NCBI GenBank assembly: GCA_949297765.1
Contig: CASFTV010000005.1
Coordinates: forward strand, 66,144 to 130,143
Direction: 5' to 3'
DNA length: 64,000 bases
Origin: an uncultured bacterium
GTDB taxonomy: Bacteria > Verrucomicrobiota > Lentisphaeria > Victivallales > UBA1829
The position numbers and the translations under genes were made by a program. The first letter of the stretch is position 1. Every line of letters begins with the position of its first letter. Below are positions 17,983 to 27,893 of the stretch, one piece after another. The notes below the pieces were generated by a model, which saw only the letters and a list, made by a program, of their open reading frames with translations, had not been told where the DNA came from and searched no databases.

Positions 17983-18063
17983 CCCGCGGCAGAGCGGGGT
18001 GCCTCTCCGCCCGGATCTCGGTTGACAGAAGCTCGACCTCCGGAACAGGGAGGAACCGAAACC

Positions 18064-18390
18064 ATGAAGCGACTGACTCTGGCAGATCTGGAAACCGCCT
18101 CGGAAGGCACCTACGGCAACATCAGCGCCATTGCGCGGAAACTGCACGTTCCGCGCTCCACGCTTTACGATTTCATCAACAGCAATCCGGAAGCGAAACG
18201 GCGGATTGAATCTCTGCGGGAGGAGTTTGACGATCTTGCGGAGGAGACCATCCAGCGCAGCATTCTTGCCGGCGACCGTTCGCTTCTGCGGTTTTACGCC
18301 TCCACCCGGCTCCGGAACCGCGGGTACCGGAAGGAGAACAGGAGAGAGAGTCCCCCTCCCCCGGAATTCCGGGTACACCTCACAAAATAG
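18064..18390 (+). CDS. Small HTH protein resembling phage small-terminase-type HTH proteins (orphan)
   Basis: Start ATG 18064 after GGGAGG; the track start 18022 is a TTG. HTH segment GNISAIARKLHVPRSTLYDFINSNPE, then an acidic helix and a basic tail RLRNRGYRKENRRE. The functional call rests on remembered family resemblance only. Confidence 0.55.
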   Translation: MKRLTLADLETASEGTYGNISAIARKLHVPRSTLYDFINSNPEAKRRIESLREEFDDLAEETIQRSILAGDRSLLRFYASTRLRNRGYRKENRRESPPPPEFRVHLTK

Positions 18391-18484
18391 CGATCCCCCC
18401 TTCCCGGACTCCGCAGGATTCCCGATCTCCGGAACAGGAGGCGCGGAAGATGCGGAATTTATCACAGATTTCATAGCCGCACGG

Positions 18485-18512
18485 TTGAAAAAACGGAATT
18501 TTGATGTACTAT
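18485..18512 (+). promoter_or_regulatory. Candidate promoter of ftsA-ftsZ string
   Basis: TTGAAA (18485-18490), a 16-nt spacer, then TACTAT (18507-18512). Confidence 0.35.
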
Positions 18513-18556
18513 TCCTCATTGGATTAGAATGACAGGAAAGCGGAACCGGCGGAAAT

Positions 18557-19822
18557 ATGGCATTGAAAAACAGAGATTTGTTTACGATTGCGGAATTCGG
18601 GACCTCGAAGATCTGCGTTCTCCACGGAGGACGGGACAAAGGGGGGAATCCGACCGTATTCGGATGGGGATCCCGGGATGCGGCCGGATCCGTCGTCAAA
18701 GGGGAAATCGTCAATCTGCAAACCGCGATGAAGGCATTCGCCGGAGCGCTGGAGGATGCGGACAATTCCGCCGGAAACATCTACGACCGCGACCGGATCT
18801 ATTTTCTTGTCTCGGGCCGCGGCATCACCTCCCGCCAGGGAGAGGGAAACGTGATGATCTACGACACCGACCACCGCATCACCGCCGCACATGTTTCCGA
18901 GGCGGAGGAGAAGGCGTCGAGCATTTCGCTTGCACCCGATCAGTGCCATCTGGTCTCGTTCACCTCCTATTTCATGCTCGACATGAACACGCGGGTCAAG
19001 GATCCGTGCGGGCACTGCGCAAACCGTCTGGACGCATTCATCCACATCATTCTGGCCGACCGGGCGAAAGTGGAGACCATGCGCAACGCGATCCGTGAAT
19101 TCGGTTTTGAACAGGAGATCCAGCCGGTGTTCTCGGGAATTGCCTCCGCATACGGGACGCTGACCCACGACGAAAAGGAACAGGGAACGCTGCTGATCGA
19201 CATCGGTGCGGGTGTCTGTGACTACATCCTCGTGCATGACGACGGCGTGCTGATGAGCGGCGTGCTGCCGATCGGAATGGACAATCTTGTCAACGATCTT
19301 GCAGTCGGACTGGAACTGACCCAGGAACAGGCACGCAAATTCCTGCTGGAGGGACGTTTTGAACAGCTCAAACGGTCCGGCGAAGCGTTTCTTTCTCTTC
19401 CGGTCTCTTCGGAACTGCATCGCAATATTCCGGTGGGATCGTATGAGAAGATCGTGGAACTCCGGCTCAATGAACTGTTTTCCATTCTGAAGGAGGAGGT
19501 GGATTCGCGCAAGCTGTCATCCTTCCTGAAGAGCGGGATCGTGATTACAGGAGGCGGCTCGCTGTTCCCGATGGTGCTGGAGTGCGCGCGGAACACATTC
19601 CGCACCCACATCCGCCAGGGAGAACCGCTGGAGATCAGCGGAGCGGTTACCGGACTCGACAATCCCCGCTGTTCCGCTCTGCTCGGCGCACTCAGCTACT
19701 CGCTCCAGACCGACGAAGCGCAGAACGGGCTCAAGGGCATTGAAAAAGTCGCCGATGCGCTGGAGGGAATCGGCGGCATCTTCAACAAACTCAAAGATGT
19801 GACAAAGGCGTTCAAATTATGA
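18557..19822 (+). CDS. ftsA: Cell division protein FtsA
   Basis: 421 aa actin-like fold (LLIDIGAGVCDY, ITGGGSLFP). C-terminal amphipathic helix GIGGIFNKLKDVTKAFKL. Confidence 0.88.
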   Translation: MALKNRDLFTIAEFGTSKICVLHGGRDKGGNPTVFGWGSRDAAGSVVKGEIVNLQTAMKAFAGALEDADNSAGNIYDRDRIYFLVSGRGITSRQGEGNVMIYDTDHRITAAHVSEAEEKASSISLAPDQCHLVSFTSYFMLDMNTRVKDPCGHCANRLDAFIHIILADRAKVETMRNAIREFGFEQEIQPVFSGIASAYGTLTHDEKEQGTLLIDIGAGVCDYILVHDDGVLMSGVLPIGMDNLVNDLAVGLELTQEQARKFLLEGRFEQLKRSGEAFLSLPVSSELHRNIPVGSYEKIVELRLNELFSILKEEVDSRKLSSFLKSGIVITGGGSLFPMVLECARNTFRTHIRQGEPLEISGAVTGLDNPRCSALLGALSYSLQTDEAQNGLKGIEKVADALEGIGGIFNKLKDVTKAFKL

Positions 19823-21018
19823 CGGCGGACAGGGCGGACAAGGTTTTGATACTGGGAATCGGCGGAGCCGGATGCCGGGTGATTTCCGCGCTCGCGACGG
19901 AGGGATGCGAATACGCGCTCGGCGCGGTCGATACGGATCAGGAGTCTCTGGACCCGCTGTTTGCACGGAACGTCCCCTGCGTTTCGGCGGGGTCCGGCTG
20001 GAGCTGGCGTGAAGGAAGCGGCTGCGGCGGCGATGTGATCCGCGGGGAACAGGCGGTGGCAAAGGAACGTCACGCCATTGCAAAACTGATGGAGGGGAAA
20101 TCGCTTCTGGTGATTGTGGGCGGACTCGGCGGAGGCGTGGCAACCGGCGGGGTCCGGACGCTCGCCAGCGTTGCGCGGACCTTGAAAATTCCGGCGGTTT
20201 TCATGCTGACGACTCCGTTTTCGTTTGAATCGTTTGCAAAGCGCAAAACGGCAGAGGAGTGCATTGAAGATCTTCTGCCGCTGGCGGATATTGTGATGCG
20301 GATGCCGAATGATCTTCTGTTTTCCATGCTGCCGTCGGAGACTCCGTTTGAAGACGCATTCACAAAATCCGGAATGGAACTGGCGCATACGGCGGTCGGG
20401 ATTGCGGGAATGCTCAGCAGCGAAAATGCGCTCGGATCGGATTATGCCGGATTCATGGCGGCGCTGAAGGGGAAGAAATGTTCCTGCGGAATCGGCGTCG
20501 GTTCCGCGGACAGTTCCGAAGGACTTGACCGCTGCGGAATTGCGGTTGAACGGATGCTGCTCTCGCCGTTTCTCGGAGGGGCGTTCAAGCCGGAGAATAC
20601 GGATGCGGCCGTCATCACGGTCTCCGGCGGACCGGATCTTGAACTCGGAGAAGCGAAGCGGACACTCGAACTGGTCGCCGGGATGTTCCCGGAGGGAACG
20701 GAGATTCTGACCGGCGTAACCGGCAGCGATCCGTTCCGCGACCGTGTTCAGGTGACGGTGGTCCGGATCAAATACGATCAGCCCGTCCAGCCGAAAACGC
20801 GCGAAGAGAGGGATCGGCATGTGCCGGCGGCCGCCCCCGCGGAAAATGCGCCGGACAGCTCTTCGACCCGGCTGGAACAGGGAGTCTTCGAACTCCAGTC
20901 CTTTGACAAAGGATCGTTTTCCGCCGTCACCCCCACGCTGCACAAAGGGGAGGACCTCGACATTCCGACCTATCAGCGGCGGGAAATTTCGATCAACAAG
21001 GGAGCGGTCACACGGTGA
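19819..21018 (+). CDS. ftsZ: FtsZ homolog, divergent in GTP-binding and T7 motifs
   Basis: 399 aa. LILGIGGAGCRVI; GGLGGGVATGG in place of the GGGTG[ST]G tubulin signature. C-terminal peptide DLDIPTYQRR (FtsA/ZipA-binding type). ATGA overlap with ftsA. Confidence 0.8.
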   Translation: MTADRADKVLILGIGGAGCRVISALATEGCEYALGAVDTDQESLDPLFARNVPCVSAGSGWSWREGSGCGGDVIRGEQAVAKERHAIAKLMEGKSLLVIVGGLGGGVATGGVRTLASVARTLKIPAVFMLTTPFSFESFAKRKTAEECIEDLLPLADIVMRMPNDLLFSMLPSETPFEDAFTKSGMELAHTAVGIAGMLSSENALGSDYAGFMAALKGKKCSCGIGVGSADSSEGLDRCGIAVERMLLSPFLGGAFKPENTDAAVITVSGGPDLELGEAKRTLELVAGMFPEGTEILTGVTGSDPFRDRVQVTVVRIKYDQPVQPKTREERDRHVPAAAPAENAPDSSSTRLEQGVFELQSFDKGSFSAVTPTLHKGEDLDIPTYQRREISINKGAVTR

Positions 21019-21926
21019 AGGCTCTCCGGACCATCGCGCCGCTGCTGCTTCTTTCTCTCTGCGGCTGTCCGGCAAAGACACCGTTTCCCCATCCGGACGG
21101 GACCTATGCGTATGAACAGGCGCAGAAGCTGGCGCGAATCGTTCCCCGCCACTCCGGGACGGAAGGGGCGGCAAAAGCGGCGGAACTGCTGGCAGACACG
21201 GTTTCGGAGTCATTCCCGGCTTTCCGAGTCACGACAGACTCATTCCGGGAACGGACGCCGGAGGGGGAGATGGTTTTCCGGAATGTCTGTGCTGTCCTGC
21301 CGGGGAAATCGCGGGAATTTCTCGTGATCGGAGCGCATTATGATGCCAAAAAGCTGGAGAGCGTGCCGGAATTTCCGGGGGCAAACGACGGCGGATCGGG
21401 AGTCGGCGCACTGCTTGCAATGATGAAGGCGCTTTCGGATGCGAAGGTCCGGCCGGGACTGGAGCTTCGGTTTGTCTTCTTCGACGGCGAGGAGGCGCGG
21501 ATCGCCTACTCCGACGGCGACGGACTCCACGGAAGCCGCCGGTACGTCTCGGAACTGAACCGGACCGGCGAACGGAAACAGTGCCGCGCCATGCTTCTTC
21601 TGGATATGGTGGGAGACCGGGATCTCAAGCTCAAACTTCCGCCGGACACCCATCCCGATCTCCGGGAAACGATCCGGAAAGCCGCGGAGGAGCTCGGATA
21701 CGGGAGCCATCTTTTTCCGGAAGGTCCCGCGATTCTTGACGACCACACTCCGTTTGCGGAAGCCGGAATTCCCGCGGCAAACCTGATTGATTTTGAATAC
21801 GGGCCGGACAATCTCTACTGGCATACCGCAGCGGATACAATGGAACAGCTTTCCGCGGAGAGTCTCGGGATCTCCGCGGCGATCGCGTTGAAAACCATCT
21901 GGAAACTGACAGGAATGGAACCATGA
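21015..21926 (+). CDS. M28-family metallopeptidase / glutaminyl-cyclase-like, secreted or lipoprotein
   Basis: GTG start in a GTGA overlap with the ftsZ stop. Signal peptide LLLLSLCGC. Motifs GAHYDA, NDGGSGVGA, FFDGEE, DDHTPF. Confidence 0.8.
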   Translation: MKALRTIAPLLLLSLCGCPAKTPFPHPDGTYAYEQAQKLARIVPRHSGTEGAAKAAELLADTVSESFPAFRVTTDSFRERTPEGEMVFRNVCAVLPGKSREFLVIGAHYDAKKLESVPEFPGANDGGSGVGALLAMMKALSDAKVRPGLELRFVFFDGEEARIAYSDGDGLHGSRRYVSELNRTGERKQCRAMLLLDMVGDRDLKLKLPPDTHPDLRETIRKAAEELGYGSHLFPEGPAILDDHTPFAEAGIPAANLIDFEYGPDNLYWHTAADTMEQLSAESLGISAAIALKTIWKLTGMEP

Positions 21927-22573
21927 ATGTTTTTACCGACGACATGACCGCGTATGAAGTGCAGCGCATCTTCTGCATCGGACTCAACTATTTTGATCAC
22001 GTTCAGGAATTTCCGGGAGACAAGCCGGAACCGGTCATCTTCATGAAACCGGCAACGTCGATTGTCCCGGAGGACCGTCCGGTTGCGGCGGTGTTTCACG
22101 GAGAGACCGTTCACTATGAGACCGAACTGACCGTGCTGATCGGAAAGGACGGAGTCCCCCGGGATGCGGCGGATGCAGAAAACTGGATTGCCGGACTTGG
22201 AATCGGTCTGGATCTGACGTTGCGTGAGACGCAGTCGCGCATCCGGCCGATGCGGTCGCCGTGGGAGATTTCGAAGGCGTTCGACGGTGCGGCACCGTGT
22301 TCGGTTTTTCATCGCTACGATCCCGCGGTCGACCGGCTTGATGCGCTGGAGTTCACGGGGACGGTCGGCGGCATTCCGCGCCAGCACGGGGAAACGGCGA
22401 AAATGATCTCTCCGATTCCCGAACTTCTGCTCTATATTTCCGGCTACTGGAAGCTGCGGAAAGGCGACATTGTCTTCACGGGGACCCCGTCCGGAGTCGG
22501 CCCGTTGAAGAAAGGCGATCTCATCGAACTTTGCGACCACCGGGGACAACTCCACCGCTGGTTCGCTGAATAA
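21923..22573 (+). CDS. Fumarylacetoacetate hydrolase (FAH)-family protein
   Basis: 216 aa. IFCIGLNY, YETELTVLIGK, GDIVFTGTPSGVG. Confidence 0.8.
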   Translation: MNVFTDDMTAYEVQRIFCIGLNYFDHVQEFPGDKPEPVIFMKPATSIVPEDRPVAAVFHGETVHYETELTVLIGKDGVPRDAADAENWIAGLGIGLDLTLRETQSRIRPMRSPWEISKAFDGAAPCSVFHRYDPAVDRLDALEFTGTVGGIPRQHGETAKMISPIPELLLYISGYWKLRKGDIVFTGTPSGVGPLKKGDLIELCDHRGQLHRWFAE

Positions 22574-22590
22574 GGGAAGGAAACGATCAA

Positions 22591-23298
22591 ATGATGAAAG
22601 TCGTGCAATGCTGGGACGACGGCGTCAACAACGACGTCCGCCTGACGGAACTTCTGCGCAAGTACAACGCGAAAGCCACCTTCAATTTGAATCCGGGTCT
22701 GATGGAACAGGCGACAAAGCCGGTGTGGATCCGGCCCGGCGACAAAGGCTGGAGCTTCCACGGCTTCCGCTGCGGAAAGGTCGCCCGGAAGGACATCGCC
22801 GAGATCTACGACGGCTTCCAGCTGGCCTCCCACTGCTGGAAACACGAAAACGCCGGAACGACTCCCGACAGCGAATGGATCCAGTCCGCGCTCCAGGCCC
22901 GCCGTTTTCTGGAAGACATCGTCCAGCGCGAGTGCCGCGGATTCGCATGGCCCTGCGGACGCTGGACGGAGGAAACGGTCCGTCTGCTCCGGGAAAACGG
23001 CTTCGCCTACGGGAGAACCACGGAAAATGTCGATGATGTCTGCTGCTGCCGGGAGCCGATGGCCCTCCCCTCCAACTGCCACTATCAGGCAGGGGATTTC
23101 TGGGAGCGCTATGAACGCGCGAAACGCAACGGAAACAAGGTCTTCTACTTCTGGGGACACAGCTACGAAATGTTCGACTACGAACCCCTCTGGCAGCAGC
23201 TGGAGGATAAAATCCGTTTCATCACCGAGGATCCCGACACGGAGTGGGCCGACGTGATCGACATCGTTCCGCTGCTCGGACAAAAAACAGGAGAATGA
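22591..23298 (+). CDS. Polysaccharide deacetylase (CE4/NodB-like)
   Basis: 235 aa. CWDDGVNND (DD motif) and SHCWKH (H-x4-H). Confidence 0.7.
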   Translation: MMKVVQCWDDGVNNDVRLTELLRKYNAKATFNLNPGLMEQATKPVWIRPGDKGWSFHGFRCGKVARKDIAEIYDGFQLASHCWKHENAGTTPDSEWIQSALQARRFLEDIVQRECRGFAWPCGRWTEETVRLLRENGFAYGRTTENVDDVCCCREPMALPSNCHYQAGDFWERYERAKRNGNKVFYFWGHSYEMFDYEPLWQQLEDKIRFITEDPDTEWADVIDIVPLLGQKTGE

Positions 23299-23302
23299 GA
23301 GA

Positions 23303-23788
23303 ATGAGAAACTGCATTTTCTGTAAAATCATCGCGGGAGAAATTCCGTCGGTCAAGGTGTACGAGGACGATCTTGTTTTCGCGTTCCTGGACATTTCCCC
23401 GATCAATTTCGGCCACACGCTGGTGATTCCGAAAGAACACCACACGAGCGTCGCCACGATTCCGGAACCGACCGGAGGACGGATGTTCCGGGTGGGGTCG
23501 CGCCTCGGCGTGGCCATGCGCCGCGCGCTCGACTGCGATGGATTCAATCTGCATCTTTCCGACGGGACGGTTGCCGGACAGGTCGTCATGCACGCCCACC
23601 TGCACATCGTGCCGCGCTGGACCGACGACGGCTTCCACTGGAACTGGCGCCAGCTCAAATACGCCTCCGACAGCGAGCGCGCGGAAATTGCGGAAAAACT
23701 GATCCGGCATTTCAAGCTGGAAACCCAGGCCGGCGATGCTCCCGACGCCGAACCTGCCGATGCGGATACGGAAAATCACGGAGCGTGA
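23303..23788 (+). CDS. HIT-family nucleotide hydrolase/transferase
   Basis: CIFCKII…, histidine triad HAHLHIVPR. Confidence 0.88.
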   Translation: MRNCIFCKIIAGEIPSVKVYEDDLVFAFLDISPINFGHTLVIPKEHHTSVATIPEPTGGRMFRVGSRLGVAMRRALDCDGFNLHLSDGTVAGQVVMHAHLHIVPRWTDDGFHWNWRQLKYASDSERAEIAEKLIRHFKLETQAGDAPDAEPADADTENHGA

Positions 23789-23791
23789 ATC

Positions 23792-24571
23792 ATGGCGTTT
23801 CTGCAATGCAATTTCCATTCGGATGCGCTCGGCATGGCGGTGTCCATCAACGTCATTCTCCCGCAGAAAAGCCGGACACAGATCGGAATGGAGGGAGCGG
23901 ATGCCGCTCCGGAAGGCGCGCCCGTCCTGTATCTCCTCCACGGACTTTCCGACGATCACACCATCTGGATGCGCCGCACGTCGATCGAACGGTATGCGGC
24001 GGAGACCGGACTTGCGGTCGTCATGCCCTGCGTGAACCGGAGCTTCTACAACAACACGCCCGACGGCATGCGTTTCTGGGATTACATTTCCGAAGAACTG
24101 CCTGCGCTGCTTCCGACCTTTTTCCACGTTTCCACGAAACGGGAAGACACCTTTGTCGCGGGATTGTCGATGGGCGGTTTCGGGGCATTCAAACTCGCGC
24201 TGAACCACCCGGACCGCTACGCCGCCGCGGCCAGTCTCTCCGGAGCGCTCCGGAACGACTGGCTCCGTTCCGCGAACCGGGCGCTGTATGAATTCGATTT
24301 CGGGCCGCTGGATCAGCTTCCGGGTTCTCCGAACGATCTTTACACGCTGGCGGCAAAGGTGGTCGAATCCGACGGGCCGCGTCCGGCGCTGTTCCAGGCA
24401 TGCGGAACCGAGGACATGCTCTATCCGGTCAACACGGAGTTCCGCGACCATCTGCGCAGAATCGGCTATGAGAGCACCTATCAGGAAGGCCCCGGAACCC
24501 ACTGCTGGGAATACTGGGACGCCCGGATTCAGGACGTCCTGAAATGGCTTCCCCTGAAAGACCGCTCATGA
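23792..24571 (+). CDS. Esterase-family alpha/beta hydrolase (esterase D / CE1-like)
   Basis: 259 aa. [13 protein letters not shown] and nucleophile elbow GLSMGG. Confidence 0.8.
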   Translation: MAFLQCNFHSDALGMAVSINVILPQKSRTQIGMEGADAAPEGAPVLYLLHGLSDDHTIWMRRTSIERYAAETGLAVVMPCVNRSFYNNTPDGMRFWDYISEELPALLPTFFHVSTKREDTFVAGLSMGGFGAFKLALNHPDRYAAAASLSGALRNDWLRSANRALYEFDFGPLDQLPGSPNDLYTLAAKVVESDGPRPALFQACGTEDMLYPVNTEFRDHLRRIGYESTYQEGPGTHCWEYWDARIQDVLKWLPLKDRS

Positions 24572-25260
24572 GCATCCGGAAATTCCGCTGCGACGATCTT
24601 GCCCGGCATTCCCCCGGAGACGGCATCCGTCTCGACAGAAGCGAGGAGACGCATCTGTTCAAGATACTCCGGGCAACTCCGGGCGAATCCGTGGAACTGC
24701 TGGACGGACACGGCAGAATCGCATCCGCCGAAGTGGGAGAAGAACGGATTCTGACCATCCGCGAAATCCGCATGACACCGCTTCCGGAACGCAGGATTCA
24801 TCTGTACATTGCGCCGCCGCGGCGGCAGAAAATGGATTCCGTGCTGAGAGAGGCGACGGAACTGGGGGTCTGGCGGATCGTTCCGGTGATCTGCGAATTC
24901 AGCGTTGCGGAACCGGACGCCTCCTCGGTGGCGGGACGATGGAGCGACACAATGTTTGAAGCATGCAAGCAGTCCGGCAACCCGTTCCTCCCGGAGACGA
25001 CTCCGCCGCTTCCGTTTGCGAAGGCGCTCTCCGACGCGCTTGCGTCCTGCGGAGAGCTCTATTTCGGTTCACCGGACCAGACGGAACATTCCGCCCCGGG
25101 GGCCATGGACATCGCCTGGTTTATCGGGCCGGAGGGCGGGTTTTCAAAGACGGAGGAAACCCGGCTCCGGGAGGCCGGGGCAAAGCCGCTCCGGATCGGG
25201 CGGTGGATCCTCCGGGTGGAAACGGCGGCGGTCGCGGGAATTGTCCGTCTGCTCAATTAA
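24568..25260 (+). CDS. rsmE: 16S rRNA (uracil1498-N3)-methyltransferase
   Basis: RsmE blocks [25 protein letters not shown]. Start ATG 24568 (ATGA overlap) is preferred over 24544. Confidence 0.8.
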   Translation: MSIRKFRCDDLARHSPGDGIRLDRSEETHLFKILRATPGESVELLDGHGRIASAEVGEERILTIREIRMTPLPERRIHLYIAPPRRQKMDSVLREATELGVWRIVPVICEFSVAEPDASSVAGRWSDTMFEACKQSGNPFLPETTPPLPFAKALSDALASCGELYFGSPDQTEHSAPGAMDIAWFIGPEGGFSKTEETRLREAGAKPLRIGRWILRVETAAVAGIVRLLN

Positions 25261-25367
25261 ACGGAAATCTAACATTTCCCTGACAAGGGACTGATCCGGG
25301 AAGGGTATAGTATCGTTCAAAAGACGCGGAAGCGTCCGTCAAAACAACCATCCGGGGAGGCGGATTC

Positions 25368-26057
25368 ATGAGCAAAGGAAGAATTCTCGTTGTCGACGAT
25401 GAAGAGGACATTCTCGAACTGGTGAAATACAATCTGGAACGGGAAGGCTATCTGGTGGATTGTGTGGAAACCGGGGAGGAGGCGATCGAACGGGCCGTTG
25501 CAATCCGTCCGGACGGCATTCTGCTGGATCTGATGCTGCCGGGCGTCGACGGAATCGAAGTCTGCCGGGAGCTGCGGAGAAAACCCGACACCCGGACCAT
25601 CCCGATCATCATGATGACCGCCAAAGGAGAAGAGGCGGACGTGGTTTCCGGCCTTGAAGTCGGCGCGGACGACTATGTTCCGAAACCGTTCAGCACCAAG
25701 GTTCTGGTGGCGCGGCTCCGCGCGCTTCTGCGCCGCACCTCGGGACAGGCGGACACCGAAGCGGGCGAAGTGATCCGGCGCGGTCCGCTTGTTCTGGATC
25801 TCGGCCGGCGGGAAGCCTCGCTCGACGGGAATCTTCTGGAGCTCACCTTCACGGAATTTGAGATTCTGCATCTTCTTGCGCGGCGTCCCGGCTGGGTGTA
25901 CAGCCGCAGCCGGATCGTGAACGAGATCAAAGGTTCGGACTATCCCGTGACGGAACGGGCGGTGGATGTCCAGATCGTCGGACTCCGCAAAAAACTCGGC
26001 GATGCCGACCTGATTGAAACGGTCCGCGGCGTCGGCTACAAATTCAAAAATCTTTGA
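25368..26057 (+). CDS. OmpR/PhoB-family response regulator
   Basis: Receiver domain (ILVVDDEEDI, LLDLMLPGVDG, KPF) plus winged helix (VRGVGYKF). GGGGAGG precedes the ATG. Confidence 0.9.
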   Translation: MSKGRILVVDDEEDILELVKYNLEREGYLVDCVETGEEAIERAVAIRPDGILLDLMLPGVDGIEVCRELRRKPDTRTIPIIMMTAKGEEADVVSGLEVGADDYVPKPFSTKVLVARLRALLRRTSGQADTEAGEVIRRGPLVLDLGRREASLDGNLLELTFTEFEILHLLARRPGWVYSRSRIVNEIKGSDYPVTERAVDVQIVGLRKKLGDADLIETVRGVGYKFKNL

Positions 26058-26072
26058 GGGAGAGCTGTCACC

Positions 26073-27863
26073 ATGGGACGACGTCTCTTTTTCCAGATCT
26101 ATCCGGCGTTTCTGCTTCTGATCGCCCTGACCATCCTTCCGACCGCCTGGTTCGCGACCCGGATTTTCCGGGAGTTCTACATTTCCAGCATCCGGATGGA
26201 GGTCATGCAGCGGGCCATCATGCTCAAGCCGCTGATCCTCGAACGGATCTCCGCTCCGGACTTCATCCGCTTCTGCAATGCGACGGCAACCGACTCCGGC
26301 GCACGCCTGACCGTGATCGCTCCCGACGGCAAAGTCCTCTACGACTCCGACGGCGACTCCTCCACCATGCCCTCTCATGAAGAACGCCCCGAACTCAAAC
26401 AGGCAATGGCGGAACGCAAACCGGTCTCCACGCGCCGCTACAGCTCCACGCTGATGAAGGAGATGATCTACGTTGCCGAACCGCTGGTGAATCCGGAAGG
26501 GAAAATCCTCGGAGCATTCCGTCTCTCTCTTCCGCTCGCGGTGGTGGACACAAACATCGGCGCGTTGAAGATCAAACTGTTCTTTTTCGCCGTATTTCTT
26601 GCGCTTCTCTCCATGGGATTCGGCCTTCTGATTTCGCGGCGGCTGAGCCGTCCTCTGGAAGAGGTCCGCCGATCGGTCGTGCAGATGGCGGAAGGAAATC
26701 TGAACAAACGGATCTCCGCCGCGGGCAGTGTGGAGGAGATCAACGCGCTGGCCGACGCGGTGAACTCGCTCGCCGTCCAGCTCAAACTGCGGATCAGCGA
26801 CATCACCAGCCGGAAAAACGAACTCTCCACCATTCTCTCCTCCATGTCGGAAGGGGTGATCGCGGTGGATCCGGACCTGCGGATGATCATCGTCAACCGG
26901 GCCGCGCTGGAGATTCTCAAGCTGAAAACGGACGCCGTCGAAGGACATACGGTCTACGAAGTTCTCCGCAATCCCCGCATGCAGACCTTTGTCGAACGGC
27001 TTCTGGCCTCCCGGACGCCCGCTGAAGACGAACTCGAATGGGATGCCGGCGAAAAACGGATTCTCGTCCTGCGCGGCTCCATCATGATGGACACCGATTC
27101 CGATCAGCCCTCCGGTGCGGTCGTTGTGATCCGCGACATCACGCGCATGAGAAAACTGGAGGATATGCGGCGCGACTTTGTCGCCAATGTTTCCCACGAG
27201 ATCAAAACCCCGGTCACGGCAATCAAAACGGCGGTGGAAACCCTTGCCGCGCAGGAGGATTCATTTCCGCCGCCCCTCCGCCGGTTTCTGGAAATCATCG
27301 GACGGCATGCGGACCGTCTTTCCGACCTTGTCGGCGACGTTCTGAGTCTTTCCGCCCTGGAATCCGGCGAATCCTCCATGGGGATGCTCTTCTCCTTCCG
27401 CCGGGAGCCGCTCGCCGGGATTCTGAAAACGGCGCTCGAACTCTGCCGCAGCCGCGCGGAAAACGCCCATGTCGCACTGGAACTGGACTGTCCGGAAGGA
27501 ATCGCCGTTGCGGCCGACGCCTCTCTGCTGGAACAGGCGGTCGTCAATCTGGTGGACAACGCGATCAAATACAGTCCCGCGGGGGAGACGGTCCGGATCG
27601 ACGGATCTGAAACCGGCGATCATGTCATCATCCGTGTCCGCGACAACGGCTGCGGCATCCCGCCGGGGGAACACGAACGCATCTTCGAACGGTTCTACCG
27701 CGTGGACAAAGCCCGCAGCCGCAAACTCGGCGGAACCGGACTCGGACTCTCCATTGTCAAACACATCGTAATGGCTCACCACGGAACCGTGCATGTGGAG
27801 TCCTCTCCCGGACACGGCTCCGCGTTCCTCATCGAACTTCCGAAGGAGCGGGGAGAGGAGTGA
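26073..27863 (+). CDS. Sensor histidine kinase (two TM, HAMP, PAS, HisKA, HATPase; PhoR-like architecture)
   Basis: H-box FVANVSHEIKTPVTAI. N/G boxes DNAIKYS, RDNGCGIP, GGTGLGLSIVKH. Confidence 0.88.
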   Translation: MGRRLFFQIYPAFLLLIALTILPTAWFATRIFREFYISSIRMEVMQRAIMLKPLILERISAPDFIRFCNATATDSGARLTVIAPDGKVLYDSDGDSSTMPSHEERPELKQAMAERKPVSTRRYSSTLMKEMIYVAEPLVNPEGKILGAFRLSLPLAVVDTNIGALKIKLFFFAVFLALLSMGFGLLISRRLSRPLEEVRRSVVQMAEGNLNKRISAAGSVEEINALADAVNSLAVQLKLRISDITSRKNELSTILSSMSEGVIAVDPDLRMIIVNRAALEILKLKTDAVEGHTVYEVLRNPRMQTFVERLLASRTPAEDELEWDAGEKRILVLRGSIMMDTDSDQPSGAVVVIRDITRMRKLEDMRRDFVANVSHEIKTPVTAIKTAVETLAAQEDSFPPPLRRFLEIIGRHADRLSDLVGDVLSLSALESGESSMGMLFSFRREPLAGILKTALELCRSRAENAHVALELDCPEGIAVAADASLLEQAVVNLVDNAIKYSPAGETVRIDGSETGDHVIIRVRDNGCGIPPGEHERIFERFYRVDKARSRKLGGTGLGLSIVKHIVMAHHGTVHVESSPGHGSAFLIELPKERGEE

Positions 27864-27893
27864 ACGCCTCTCTCCGCCGCCTCCGCGGCTGGC

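Noticed and set aside
18022-18027. TTGACA upstream of the HTH gene as a -35 box, and as the TTG start used by the track
   Set aside because: No acceptable -10 lies 16-18 nt downstream. ATG 18064 with GGGAGG is a better start.
17983-18556. Prophage remnant around the terminase-like HTH gene
   Set aside because: There are no integrase, large terminase, portal, capsid or att-like repeats anywhere nearby. The flanking genes are nagA and ftsA.
16690-18780. 696-aa minus-strand ORF
   Set aside because: It is antisense to nagA, the HTH gene and the start of ftsA. It crosses two intergenic regions and has no recognisable motifs.
25317-27197. 626-aa minus-strand ORF opposite the two-component genes
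   Set aside because: Shadow ORF. The plus strand has a canonical response regulator and histidine kinase.
25368-27863. Calling the two-component pair phoB/phoR
   Set aside because: The architecture fits, but no pst/phoU genes or Pho boxes are visible. The symbol is left blank.
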